A model generated the notes under the pieces. That model had not been told where the DNA came from. It saw nothing but the letters and a program-made list of their open reading frames with translations, and searched no databases. This document shows positions 24,616 through 32,000 of a stretch of 32,000 nt of DNA, piece after piece (the stretch's first letter is position 1; the number at the start of each line of letters is the position of its first letter). Location of the stretch: the NCBI GenBank assembly GCA_000025185.1, contig CP001848.1:1530001-1562000 (forward strand), given 5' to 3'. The stretch comes from Pirellula staleyi DSM 6068 (GTDB lineage: Bacteria; Planctomycetota; Planctomycetia; Pirellulales; Pirellulaceae). The position numbers were made by a program, and so were the translations under genes.

Positions 24616-25203
24616 CTAACCAGCAGCGCGGCTCGCCACGTCTTGTGGCAATTGGCGACAGTGGCGCGCTAGGGAGTACCAAGCGCCGGGCATTTCTTCC
24701 GCCGAAGTCCAGCGGCTGTTGCGGGTGGTGCGGCGGTCGATCGCTGCTTGGCGATAGTCGCGTCCTCGGGTTTGCGCGATCCAGCGCTCGTAGCGGGCAA
24801 TCCAGCGGCAGCACTGCGAGGCTAATTTCCAGGCCCGGAGCGTGGCATCGTCGCCCCGCTGGGGGCGCAAACTTTCCAGGTCGGTGATCGTCCAGAGCTC
24901 GGCAAGATCGACGCTGTCGCTGATCAGCAGCGGCGCAAACGACGAGCGTTTCAGGAAAATCTGCCCCCCGCGACGATGGCGAAAGCCGATCCCAAAACCG
25001 CGCAGCACAACCAAACTCGAGCGATCTTCCCAGGCATAGATGCTCGGCACATCGACATGCCGCTTCGGGGGGGCGGTGCGGCTCATGCCGAACTCGAGGA
25101 GCAGATTTCGCTCGGGGCAGAGCACATCCTGACCAAAACACCACATCTGCTGGTCCAGCAGGACCCGCCCGCGCGAGCGAAAATCGGACGAGGAGTAGTG
25201 CAT
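24616..25203 (-). CDS. orphan hypothetical protein (195 aa), no family recognised
   Basis: ATG at 25203 (the track ORF starts at a GTG at 25215). On manual reading of the frame, third codon positions are strongly G/C-biased like the neighbouring genes. Amino-acid composition is balanced (W, Y, F, D, E, K present), unlike the Arg/Pro-rich overlapping frame 24593..25144. It is flanked by lower-GC spacers on both sides. Confidence 0.6.
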   Translation of the reverse strand: MHYSSSDFRSRGRVLLDQQMWCFGQDVLCPERNLLLEFGMSRTAPPKRHVDVPSIYAWEDRSSLVVLRGFGIGFRHRRGGQIFLKRSSFAPLLISDSVDLAELWTITDLESLRPQRGDDATLRAWKLASQCCRWIARYERWIAQTRGRDYRQAAIDRRTTRNSRWTSAEEMPGAWYSLARHCRQLPQDVASRAAG

Positions 25204-25256
25204 GGAGACCGGCACCCGAAGTTCGAGCGAAAGGCTAGTTACAACAGCTTAGCTAA

Positions 25257-25271
25257 TGCAATTATTATGCA
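25257..25271. promoter_or_regulatory. TGCA-ATTATTA-TGCA (TGCA-N7-TGCA) motif upstream of the orphan gene
   Basis: Located 54-68 nt upstream of the ATG at 25203 and preceded at 25234-25241 by gctagtta. This is the same two-part arrangement as at 24543-24573. Confidence 0.35.
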
Positions 25272-25377
25272 GTAGAGGACTGTAGGCAATAGCTTGGCTG
25301 GCTCGGGAGCCGAAAAAACGGAGAGGCTCAGCCGCTACGACCGGTAATCTCGGCTCTTCGTTCTTGGGCCGAGCGCT

Positions 25378-27108
25378 CTAGGTGGTCGACGCCAGATAGC
25401 GATGGACGCAGGTCACGGCAAGCGAGCCATCTCCCACCGCAAAGCCACAGCGCTTGGTGGTTCCGGAACGCACATCTCCAGCAGCGAGCAGACCAGGGAC
25501 CGAAGTCTCGAGATCAAAAGGTTGCCGCGCGAGCGACCATTGAGATCGAGGGACCATCGCGCCGGTTAATAGAAAACCTTTTTCATCGCGCGCTACATCG
25601 GTCATTAACCAATCGGTATTCGGTTTACCACCAATAAAGATAAAGAGCGCCGAGCAGTCATGCTGCGTTTCAAGATTGGTCTTACAATCTTTAAGGGTCA
25701 CTTGTTCGACCGAGCGCTCGCCGGAGACACAAACAAGTTCAGTCGAGGGGACGAGTTCGATTTTGGGATGACTTAGAATGCGCGTCGACAAATAACTCGA
25801 CATCCCTTTACTGAGGTTTTCGGCGCGGATCACCATTTTCACATGGCGAGCCCGCTCGGCCAAAAACATCGCCGCCTGCCCTGCCGAGTTCCCACCCCCG
25901 ATGATGATCGCGGTGGTATCGTGGCACGCACGCGCCTCGACACTCGTGGCGGCATAGTAGACACCGGTCCCCGCTAGCTCACGTATTCCAGGGCATTCGA
26001 GCGAATCGTACGATACACCGGTCGCCAGCAGCACCACCCGAGCACGGGCCATTTGGCCGGTACAAAGCTCGAGCGAGAAGGTTTGATCGGGATTGCGAAG
26101 GATCTCGCGCACCGCCACCGGCGCGGTGAACTGCGCCCCAAATTTGAGCGCTTGCAAATAGCCTCGATTCGCAAGATCGGCACCGCTGATCCCCGACGGA
26201 AAGCCGATCAGGTTTTCGATCTTGGAACTCGACCCCGCTTGGCCACCCGGACCAACCCGGTCGAGTACCAAAGTCTTTAAACCTTCGGAAGCTGCATAAA
26301 CAGTCGCTGCCAGTCCCGCTGGTCCCGATCCAATGACGAGAAGATCAAAAAGGTCCTCTTGAATGTGTCGAGAAATACCCAAACATTCGGCTATCTTACT
26401 TAAGACCGGTTGTTTAACAATCTTGCCATTACAAACCACAACCGGTACCTCTTCCAGGCTCGCTCCGGTTTGAGACAGCTCCTGCTGACCCTCTGGTTCT
26501 TCAATATCATAAAAGGTATGTGGGACATGATTCTTATAAAAGAATTCACGGAGCGCTTGTGTCTTTTTCGAGTAGCGTGCGCCGATTAACTTCGATCCGA
26601 CAAAACCGGACTGCTGCAGCAGCAAGCGGCGCATTTGAATCGCCTCGAGCAGCATTTCTCCCAACTCGGGGCGGTCGCACAGGAGGGGGCGAACCAGCGG
26701 CGCATCGACCCGTATCGCCGTGGTCGGCACGGTTGCGATGGCCGAGATCACTGTGGGGCGGCCGGTCAGGATGTCGACGTCGCCGATGAACGAGCGCTCG
26801 GTGTGACGGACCACTTCGCGGGTGATCCCCGAGGTGCTCTCGACGATCGCCACTTCCCCCGTTTCGATCACCCACAGGGGATAGCCGCGCTGCCCCGCTT
26901 GCACCACGAAGTCACCCGGCGCAAAGGTGTGCCGGGTTCCCATCGAAGCGACCAGTTCGAACTGCGAGTCACTGAGCCTGGGGAACGCAATCGATTGCGG
27001 TGTCGCGTGTTTCACAAGAGCCTCGGCGCGGAGCGGAACAAAAGTCACGCTCCAATCATAGCGCCACCTGCCCCCCCGGACCATCCACGCGCCGCAATTC
27101 TCGCCCAT
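25378..27108 (-). CDS. cyclic-nucleotide-binding domain fused to a thioredoxin-reductase-like FAD/NAD(P) oxidoreductase lacking the CxxC redox motif
   Basis: I set the start at the ATG at 27108, 14 nt after the upstream stop (the ATG at 27084 is also possible). The track extension to 27321 overlaps the aminopeptidase gene. The cNMP-binding-type beta-barrel is FAPGDFVVQAGQRGYPLWVIETGEVAIVE...RSFIGDVDILTGRPTVISAIA. The TrxR-like half is DLLVIGSGPAGLAATVYAASEGL, AIIIGGGNSAGQAAMFLA, LLAAGDVRSG. Where E. coli TrxR has [10 protein letters not shown], this protein has GVYYAATSVEA. Confidence 0.85.
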   Translation of the reverse strand: MGENCGAWMVRGGRWRYDWSVTFVPLRAEALVKHATPQSIAFPRLSDSQFELVASMGTRHTFAPGDFVVQAGQRGYPLWVIETGEVAIVESTSGITREVVRHTERSFIGDVDILTGRPTVISAIATVPTTAIRVDAPLVRPLLCDRPELGEMLLEAIQMRRLLLQQSGFVGSKLIGARYSKKTQALREFFYKNHVPHTFYDIEEPEGQQELSQTGASLEEVPVVVCNGKIVKQPVLSKIAECLGISRHIQEDLFDLLVIGSGPAGLAATVYAASEGLKTLVLDRVGPGGQAGSSSKIENLIGFPSGISGADLANRGYLQALKFGAQFTAPVAVREILRNPDQTFSLELCTGQMARARVVLLATGVSYDSLECPGIRELAGTGVYYAATSVEARACHDTTAIIIGGGNSAGQAAMFLAERARHVKMVIRAENLSKGMSSYLSTRILSHPKIELVPSTELVCVSGERSVEQVTLKDCKTNLETQHDCSALFIFIGGKPNTDWLMTDVARDEKGFLLTGAMVPRSQWSLARQPFDLETSVPGLLAAGDVRSGTTKRCGFAVGDGSLAVTCVHRYLASTT

Positions 27109-27124
27109 GCTTTTAGCACGCGCT

Positions 27125-28435
27125 TTAGCGAGTTGCCAAAATCCGCTCGACCTGATCGAGATCGATCGGCACCCCACTGGTATGCACTTCCACGCCGCTG
27201 GCGGTAATCGCCACCGTATCTTCGACCCGGATATAAAGTTCTTCCTCGCGCACCCAAAGCTGCGGATCGAGCGCGAACACGAGCCCCGGCTGGAGAGGCT
27301 GATGCTTGTACGCGCCGACATCGTGCACCGCCATTCCGACCGGATGGGTGAACGCCACCTCCGACTCGATCATCTGCCGCGCTGCTGCGCGATAGGCCGG
27401 TTTGCTGAACGACCACGACTCCCAGATCGGATGCATGATCGCCGCCGACTCTTGCACCAGCTGGCCGACGGTTCGGCCGGGACGCAAGATCTCGATCAGC
27501 ACCTGCTGATACTTCACGACAAAACCATACAGCTCCCGGTCACGCGGCGAATACTTTCCGTTGACCGGCCACATCCGACCAATGTCGCTGGTGTAACACC
27601 CAAGGTCGGGGGCGTAGTCCATCAGCACCAGATCGTCGGGCTCGAGGAGCGAGTCGTTCCGGTAGTAGTGCGCGTTCCAGATGTTTTTGCCACGCGCGAT
27701 GATCGAGCGATAACCGGCGCTCCGCGCGCCACCATCGACATACACGTGGTCGGCCACCGCCGTGAGCTGATACTCATAGATCCCCGCGCGAGTGCGTCGC
27801 ATCGCTTCGTACACAGCGCGTGCCGTCAAATGACCAGCGCGGCGCATCAGCGCCAGCTCACTGTCGCTCTTATGCAAACGCATCTCGTCGAGCAGCGGGG
27901 TGAGATCGTGAATCGTTGCTTGCGGCGCTGCTTGCTGCACTTTGCTCCGGAACCATTCATCGCGCGTCGGACGCTGATCCCACGGATCAGCATCGCGCAG
28001 TTTTTTTTGATGCCGCAGCGTATCGCGGCACGCTTGACGCAGCTCCGCAGGAGCCGAAAGTAGCCAAATATCCTGGGAATTGGCAATCTTCGGGGCCAGT
28101 GCTCCGAGATGCGCCACCTGCTCGATTCCGGTCATCTCGCACGCGAGCGCCCCGGCATCGGCGCTCAGCTGCACCCCTTCGCTCTGCTCGTGCTTAGGGT
28201 CGCGCGGAGGAAGATAGAGCGTCGACTCCCCCGTTCCCCCCTCGATCGTCAGGTACGCATGCGGCACCTCGACCCCGGTGAGATAGTAGAAATCGTTCGA
28301 CTGCCGAAAGTAGTCGAACGCGCCGGTATCGACCGCGCCAGCCAGCACGGCAATCGCTCCTGGCCCGATATGCTCGGCTACGCGGCGGCGACGTGCTTGC
28401 AACTCCGCAGGGGAAAAATCTTTCTGGTAATGCAC
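27125..28435 (-). CDS. Xaa-Pro aminopeptidase (M24B, aminopeptidase P family)
   Basis: 436 aa with a GTG start. AMP_N-type N-terminus (FRQSNDFYYLTGVEVPHAYL). Metal-ligand pattern LMDYAPDLGCYTSDIGR, FTHPVGMAVHDVG, FALDPQLWV and IRVEDTVAIT. Confidence 0.9.
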   Translation of the reverse strand: MHYQKDFSPAELQARRRRVAEHIGPGAIAVLAGAVDTGAFDYFRQSNDFYYLTGVEVPHAYLTIEGGTGESTLYLPPRDPKHEQSEGVQLSADAGALACEMTGIEQVAHLGALAPKIANSQDIWLLSAPAELRQACRDTLRHQKKLRDADPWDQRPTRDEWFRSKVQQAAPQATIHDLTPLLDEMRLHKSDSELALMRRAGHLTARAVYEAMRRTRAGIYEYQLTAVADHVYVDGGARSAGYRSIIARGKNIWNAHYYRNDSLLEPDDLVLMDYAPDLGCYTSDIGRMWPVNGKYSPRDRELYGFVVKYQQVLIEILRPGRTVGQLVQESAAIMHPIWESWSFSKPAYRAAARQMIESEVAFTHPVGMAVHDVGAYKHQPLQPGLVFALDPQLWVREEELYIRVEDTVAITASGVEVHTSGVPIDLDQVERILATR

Positions 28436-28456
28436 AGCAGTTCTCGTAATAAGTGC

Positions 28457-29827
28457 TCAAAGGGAAGTAGAGGAAGAGGCTGTTGAATCGGAAGATCTAG
28501 AGCTGGATGTAGTAATCAGCAGCAGCGGCAAGAGGCAAAGCAAACCGACTCCGCTGTCGATCACCAGGGTCGTCGGGTAGCCGAGACGCTCGATCGCGGT
28601 TCCTTGCCAGCGCGAGGAATAAGCGAGAGCGAGGTTCATCAGCGACATCGAGGCGGTGAACTGCGTCGCTGCTACCGCTGCCTGACAAACGTCCATGAAC
28701 AGGGCTGTGCGAGCGCCATACATCAGTCCCTGCGCGAGGCTGTACGTACACGTAGCAATCCAGAGCGACATCAGCAGCGCATCGCGGTGGGGAATCGTTT
28801 CAGGGTCCATTTTGACCGGCAGATTCCACCCATATTTCGAGAGTTGATAGGCGAGCCACAGGGTCGGCAGCGTGGTGGCGATCGCATAGAGGGCAAGCAT
28901 CGTCTTACGACCAAAACGATCCGACAGCAGACCACCGGCAACGCATCCGATTGCCGCGAGAATGGTCGAGCAAAGGCTGAGCTGCGCGATCGCGGGGGAG
29001 TCGAGCCCGAACTCTACCGCCAGGTTCGATTGCACCGAAAGCCCGAGCCCATAAGCGCCGATCGGCAGCACCGCGAGCACCAGCGCCGCAATCGACGTCC
29101 GCGAGCCAAAACAGGCTTTCAGCAGCGTGAGGACGTAGCGATAAAGGGTCGTGAGGAGTGGGATTTTCTCGGCGGATTCTCGCTGCCTGCGCCCCTCGAC
29201 GAGCCAGAGCGAGATCGTCGCGGTGACGAGTAAAATCGAGATCGTCACGAGCATGAACGAGGCGCCGAGCGACGTGATCGACAACAGGTAGAGAACCCCC
29301 GAACCGCCGATAGCCGAACCGAGATAAGACCCGGCAAACATCAGTCCGCTCGCTGCGCCGCGCTCCTGGGATGGAAGCGTACTGACAGCGAGCGCATCGA
29401 TGGCAACATCCATCGTCGCCGCAAAGACGTTGTGGAGCAAAATCAGGAGCGTGAACCAGGTGAGCTGCGAACTGAAGCTGACGCGCATCGCCAGCAGCAG
29501 CGTCACCGCCATCATCATTTGGCAGGCGACGATCCAAGCGCGTCGATGCCCAAGCCGATGGCTGTAGACATTGTCGACGATCGGCCCCATCAACCATTTC
29601 CACGACCAGGGGAGGTAGAGAGTCGCCACGAACGCGCCGATCTCTTCGGGGCCGAGTCCCGATTCGCGCATCAGCGCCACGAGGGCAATCGAGGTAAACC
29701 CAAACGGTATCCCCTCGGTCATGTACAAAAAGAAGAACGCGGTGAGTCGTCCGAAGCGCGAGGCTAGGAGCCCTCGGCTCTCGGCAAGGGATGAGCGCTG
29801 GCTCGTCGAGTCATCTTGCTCCTGCAT
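28457..29827 (-). CDS. AmpG/PAT-family MFS transporter
   Basis: ATG at 29827 (the track start one codon upstream is a TTG). FFFLYMTEGIPFGFTSIALVALMRESGLGPEEIGAFVATLYLPWSWKWLMGPIVDN...GHRRAWIVACQ follows the AmpG pattern (GLP...IG.F.L...P...KFLW.P..D...G.RR.W....Q). About 12 hydrophobic helices. Confidence 0.85.
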   Translation of the reverse strand: MQEQDDSTSQRSSLAESRGLLASRFGRLTAFFFLYMTEGIPFGFTSIALVALMRESGLGPEEIGAFVATLYLPWSWKWLMGPIVDNVYSHRLGHRRAWIVACQMMMAVTLLLAMRVSFSSQLTWFTLLILLHNVFAATMDVAIDALAVSTLPSQERGAASGLMFAGSYLGSAIGGSGVLYLLSITSLGASFMLVTISILLVTATISLWLVEGRRQRESAEKIPLLTTLYRYVLTLLKACFGSRTSIAALVLAVLPIGAYGLGLSVQSNLAVEFGLDSPAIAQLSLCSTILAAIGCVAGGLLSDRFGRKTMLALYAIATTLPTLWLAYQLSKYGWNLPVKMDPETIPHRDALLMSLWIATCTYSLAQGLMYGARTALFMDVCQAAVAATQFTASMSLMNLALAYSSRWQGTAIERLGYPTTLVIDSGVGLLCLLPLLLITTSSSRSSDSTASSSTSL

Positions 29828-29907
29828 CAAGGCACTTCTCTACTGCGAGAGATCAGGGACGAAAAGACCACCACATCGCCAGGGACGGAAACGAGGGAGC
29901 AGGAGCA

Positions 29908-31161
29908 CTACAGCGTACGTTCGACTGCATAGGGGAGTGGATCGATGTGCGGCGCTGCGCCGGTCACGATCTGACTCACCAGCTTGCCGGTACCAGGGGC
30001 CATCGAAAGTCCGAGCATCCCATGCCCGGCCGCTAAGGTCACGTTTGTGAGGCGTGGCAAGCGACCAATCAGCGGGAGACTATCGGGAGTCATCGGGCGC
30101 CAGCCGAACCACGACTCGATCGTCGGCGTCGCCACCGGCTCGCGCAAGTAGATCGCTGCCCCGTCGGTGAGGAGCTTCAGCCGCTCGGGACGAATCGACG
30201 TATCGTAGCCGGCGAACTCCATCGTCGAGCCGATTCGATAGGTGGTTGCCAGCGGTGTGATCGCAACCCGATGTTCTTCAAAAATCATTGAAATCTTCGG
30301 GCAAATCGATGGTTTTGGCATCACCAGCGAGTAGCCTTTGCCAGGTTCGATGGGGATTGACGTTTGCAGCTGAGCGCGGAGCTGCGGGGTCCAAGCGCCG
30401 GTCGCTACGACCACCTGATCGGCGGCGATGGGGCCGGTGGAAGTTTGCACCGCCCGTACGATGGATCCTTCGCGATCGAAGCCGGTGAGCTGACATGCCT
30501 CGCGAATATCGACTCCTGCGCGCGAGAGGACCGAGCGCCACGACTGCATCAGCTTATCGGGACGGAGATGACCATCGGTGGTGTAGTGCCACGCGCCGGC
30601 GATCCCCGGTTTGAGCGCCGGTTCGAGCTCGCTCAGCTGCGGGCCGTCGTAACGCTTCGCGCCGAGCTGAAACTTGGTACGCAGCAGCTCATCGGTCGCG
30701 GCGTAGTGATCCATCTCGCGCTGCGATAAGTAAACGAATAGCAGGCCCGAGGTTTCCCACTCGACGTCGGTGAGGAGCTGTGCGAAGAGCCCATCGTAGA
30801 GCGAGCGCGAACTGACGAGCAGCGACTGAATCGCGGTCGCTGCGCGGAGCATATCGCGCTCGTTACACTTTCGCGCAAACTGCCAGAACCAGCGCCACAA
30901 AGCGGGGTCGAGACGCCACCGAACTTTCAGCGGCGAATTGCGCGCCACCAGCGTTTTCAGCGTATTCCAGAGCGCGCCGGGGGTTGCCAGCGGCAGGACA
31001 TGGCTCGGGCAAACATAGCCGCAATTGCCGTGCGAACAGCCGCTGCCGAACTGTTTTTGGTCGATCAGCGTGACGTCGCACCCTGCCTCGCGCAAGTACC
31101 ACGCCGATGTAGCACCAATCACCCCGCCACCAATCACGACGACCCGTTTCGAGGCGCTCAT
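29908..31161 (-). CDS. FAD-dependent oxidoreductase, D-amino-acid / D-hydroxyproline dehydrogenase-like (DadA family)
   Basis: The ATG at 31161 forms an ATGA overlap with the stop of the upstream epimerase gene (31158-31160). KRVVVIGGGVIGATSAWYLREAGCDVTLIDQ is the Rossmann motif. GSGCSHGNCGYVCPSHVLPLA resembles the DadA family. Confidence 0.85.
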   Translation of the reverse strand: MSASKRVVVIGGGVIGATSAWYLREAGCDVTLIDQKQFGSGCSHGNCGYVCPSHVLPLATPGALWNTLKTLVARNSPLKVRWRLDPALWRWFWQFARKCNERDMLRAATAIQSLLVSSRSLYDGLFAQLLTDVEWETSGLLFVYLSQREMDHYAATDELLRTKFQLGAKRYDGPQLSELEPALKPGIAGAWHYTTDGHLRPDKLMQSWRSVLSRAGVDIREACQLTGFDREGSIVRAVQTSTGPIAADQVVVATGAWTPQLRAQLQTSIPIEPGKGYSLVMPKPSICPKISMIFEEHRVAITPLATTYRIGSTMEFAGYDTSIRPERLKLLTDGAAIYLREPVATPTIESWFGWRPMTPDSLPLIGRLPRLTNVTLAAGHGMLGLSMAPGTGKLVSQIVTGAAPHIDPLPYAVERTL

Positions 31162-32000
31162 CCCGAGATTCCCCACGCTAGTGGATCGTTCGCTTCGATG
31201 ATCATCGTGGCATCGGAAGTGACAAACGCCTCACCCGTGATGCGTGGCAAGATCGCTCCCTCGACGATGCGATACGAGCCTTCGAACATCGTGCCAATCA
31301 CACTCTCTTGTCGCCACGTTTCGCCGGGAGCCAGTCGCTGGTCACTCGCCAGGCAAGCAATCTTGGCGCTCGTGCCGGTGCCACAAGGACTCCGGTCGTA
31401 AGCCCCTCCTGGGCAGAGGACAAAATTGCGGCTGTCGTGGTGAGGATCGCGCGGCGCTGCAAAGAGCTCGATGTGATCGATCTCAGACCCATCCGATCCA
31501 GTGATCGATTCTCGCCGCAGCGCGTCGCGAATGGCGGTGGTAATGCGAGTCAGAATAGCGACGTTCGAAGGCTCGAGCGGCGCAATCTCAGTCTTCACGA
31601 GGAAGAACCAGTTGCCACCCCAGGCGACATCTCCCACCACTTCGCCGAGGCCAGGAACGCTCAGCAGCACATCGGCCTGATGCCGAAAACTGGCGACATT
31701 CTCGAGAGAAACGCCATTTTTCCCGTCGTAAGAGACCGGCACAAGACCGACTGGTGTCTCGATGAGATAGTCGCCGGCTGTGATCCGTTCGAGATAGCCG
31801 AGCGTGCGGACAACCCCGATCAGGCCGTGGCCGCACATCCCGAGGTAGCCGACGTTGTTGAAGAAAATCACACCAGCCAGACAGGTTGGATCGACCGGCT
31901 GACAAACGATCGCGCCGACCATAATTTCGCTGCCGCGCGGCTCGCAGAGCAGGGCGCGACGATAGCGATCGGCATCCGACTGGAATCGCGCTCGGCGCTC
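31158..32000 (-). CDS. proline racemase family protein, 4-hydroxyproline 2-epimerase type; N-terminus beyond the right window edge
   Basis: The track ORF starts at 31922, but the frame stays open to 32000. My translation of 31923-32000 gives ERRARFQSDADRYRRALLCEPRGSEI preceding MVGAIV, matching the family EPRG...M.GA motif. Both catalytic Cys contexts are present (GMCGHG and DRSPCGTGTSA). Confidence 0.9.
   Translation of the reverse strand, partial: ERRARFQSDADRYRRALLCEPRGSEIMVGAIVCQPVDPTCLAGVIFFNNVGYLGMCGHGLIGVVRTLGYLERITAGDYLIETPVGLVPVSYDGKNGVSLENVASFRHQADVLLSVPGLGEVVGDVAWGGNWFFLVKTEIAPLEPSNVAILTRITTAIRDALRRESITGSDGSEIDHIELFAAPRDPHHDSRNFVLCPGGAYDRSPCGTGTSAKIACLASDQRLAPGETWRQESVIGTMFEGSYRIVEGAILPRITGEAFVTSDATMIIEANDPLAWGISG

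Noticed and set aside
1-32000. Scan for CRISPR arrays, tRNA/rRNA/tmRNA, transposases, integrases, toxin-antitoxin pairs or known defence-system signatures
   Set aside because: I found no regularly spaced direct repeats, no tRNA-like T-loop/acceptor patterns in the intergenic spacers, and no DDE, tyrosine- or serine-recombinase, nuclease, ATPase or STAND-type motifs in any credible ORF. This was a visual scan only; tRNAscan, Infernal and defence-finder tools would be needed for certainty.

Overview
This is a high-GC, densely coding bacterial chromosomal window. I call 22 CDS, 20 on the minus strand and 2 on the plus strand. By eye I found no rRNA, tRNA, CRISPR array, transposase or integrase. 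The gene content suggests a Planctomycetota (Pirellulales-like) genome: a CRTAC1/ASPIC FG-GAP protein, secreted beta-propellers, many signal-peptide proteins and large orphan proteins. That attribution is inference only. Recognisable blocks, left to right: (1) two orphan genes at 1-2878, one carrying two long polyproline tracts. (2) A sialic-acid-type module at 3388-7116 with an MFS transporter, a cyclically permuted NanM-like mutarotase and an N-acylglucosamine 2-epimerase. (3) A tight three-gene operon at 7459-10988: flavin amine-oxidase-fold protein, membrane-anchored orphan, DUF1624-type membrane protein. (4) A secreted alpha/beta hydrolase and PEP carboxylase (ppc). (5) A secreted beta-propeller plus a CRTAC1-family protein. 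(6) A P-type cation ATPase, a zinc-ribbon protein, and a translationally coupled His-rich lipoprotein/ArsP-like permease pair. (7) An isolated 195-aa orphan gene. (8) A cNMP-binding TrxR-like flavoprotein lacking the CxxC motif, a Xaa-Pro aminopeptidase, an AmpG-like MFS, an FAD dehydrogenase and a 4-hydroxyproline-epimerase-type gene cut by the right edge. The features least explained by ordinary annotation are four. First, a roughly 200-nt structured intergenic repeat present twice in opposite orientation (7243-7425 and 15533-15736). Second, a shared GCTAGTTA...TGCA-N7-TGCA motif in the two promoter regions flanking the orphan gene. Third, the polyproline orphan pair. Fourth, the 7459-10988 operon. 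I see no recognisable defence, toxin or secretion system. All novelty claims below are hypotheses that need database searches I cannot run.
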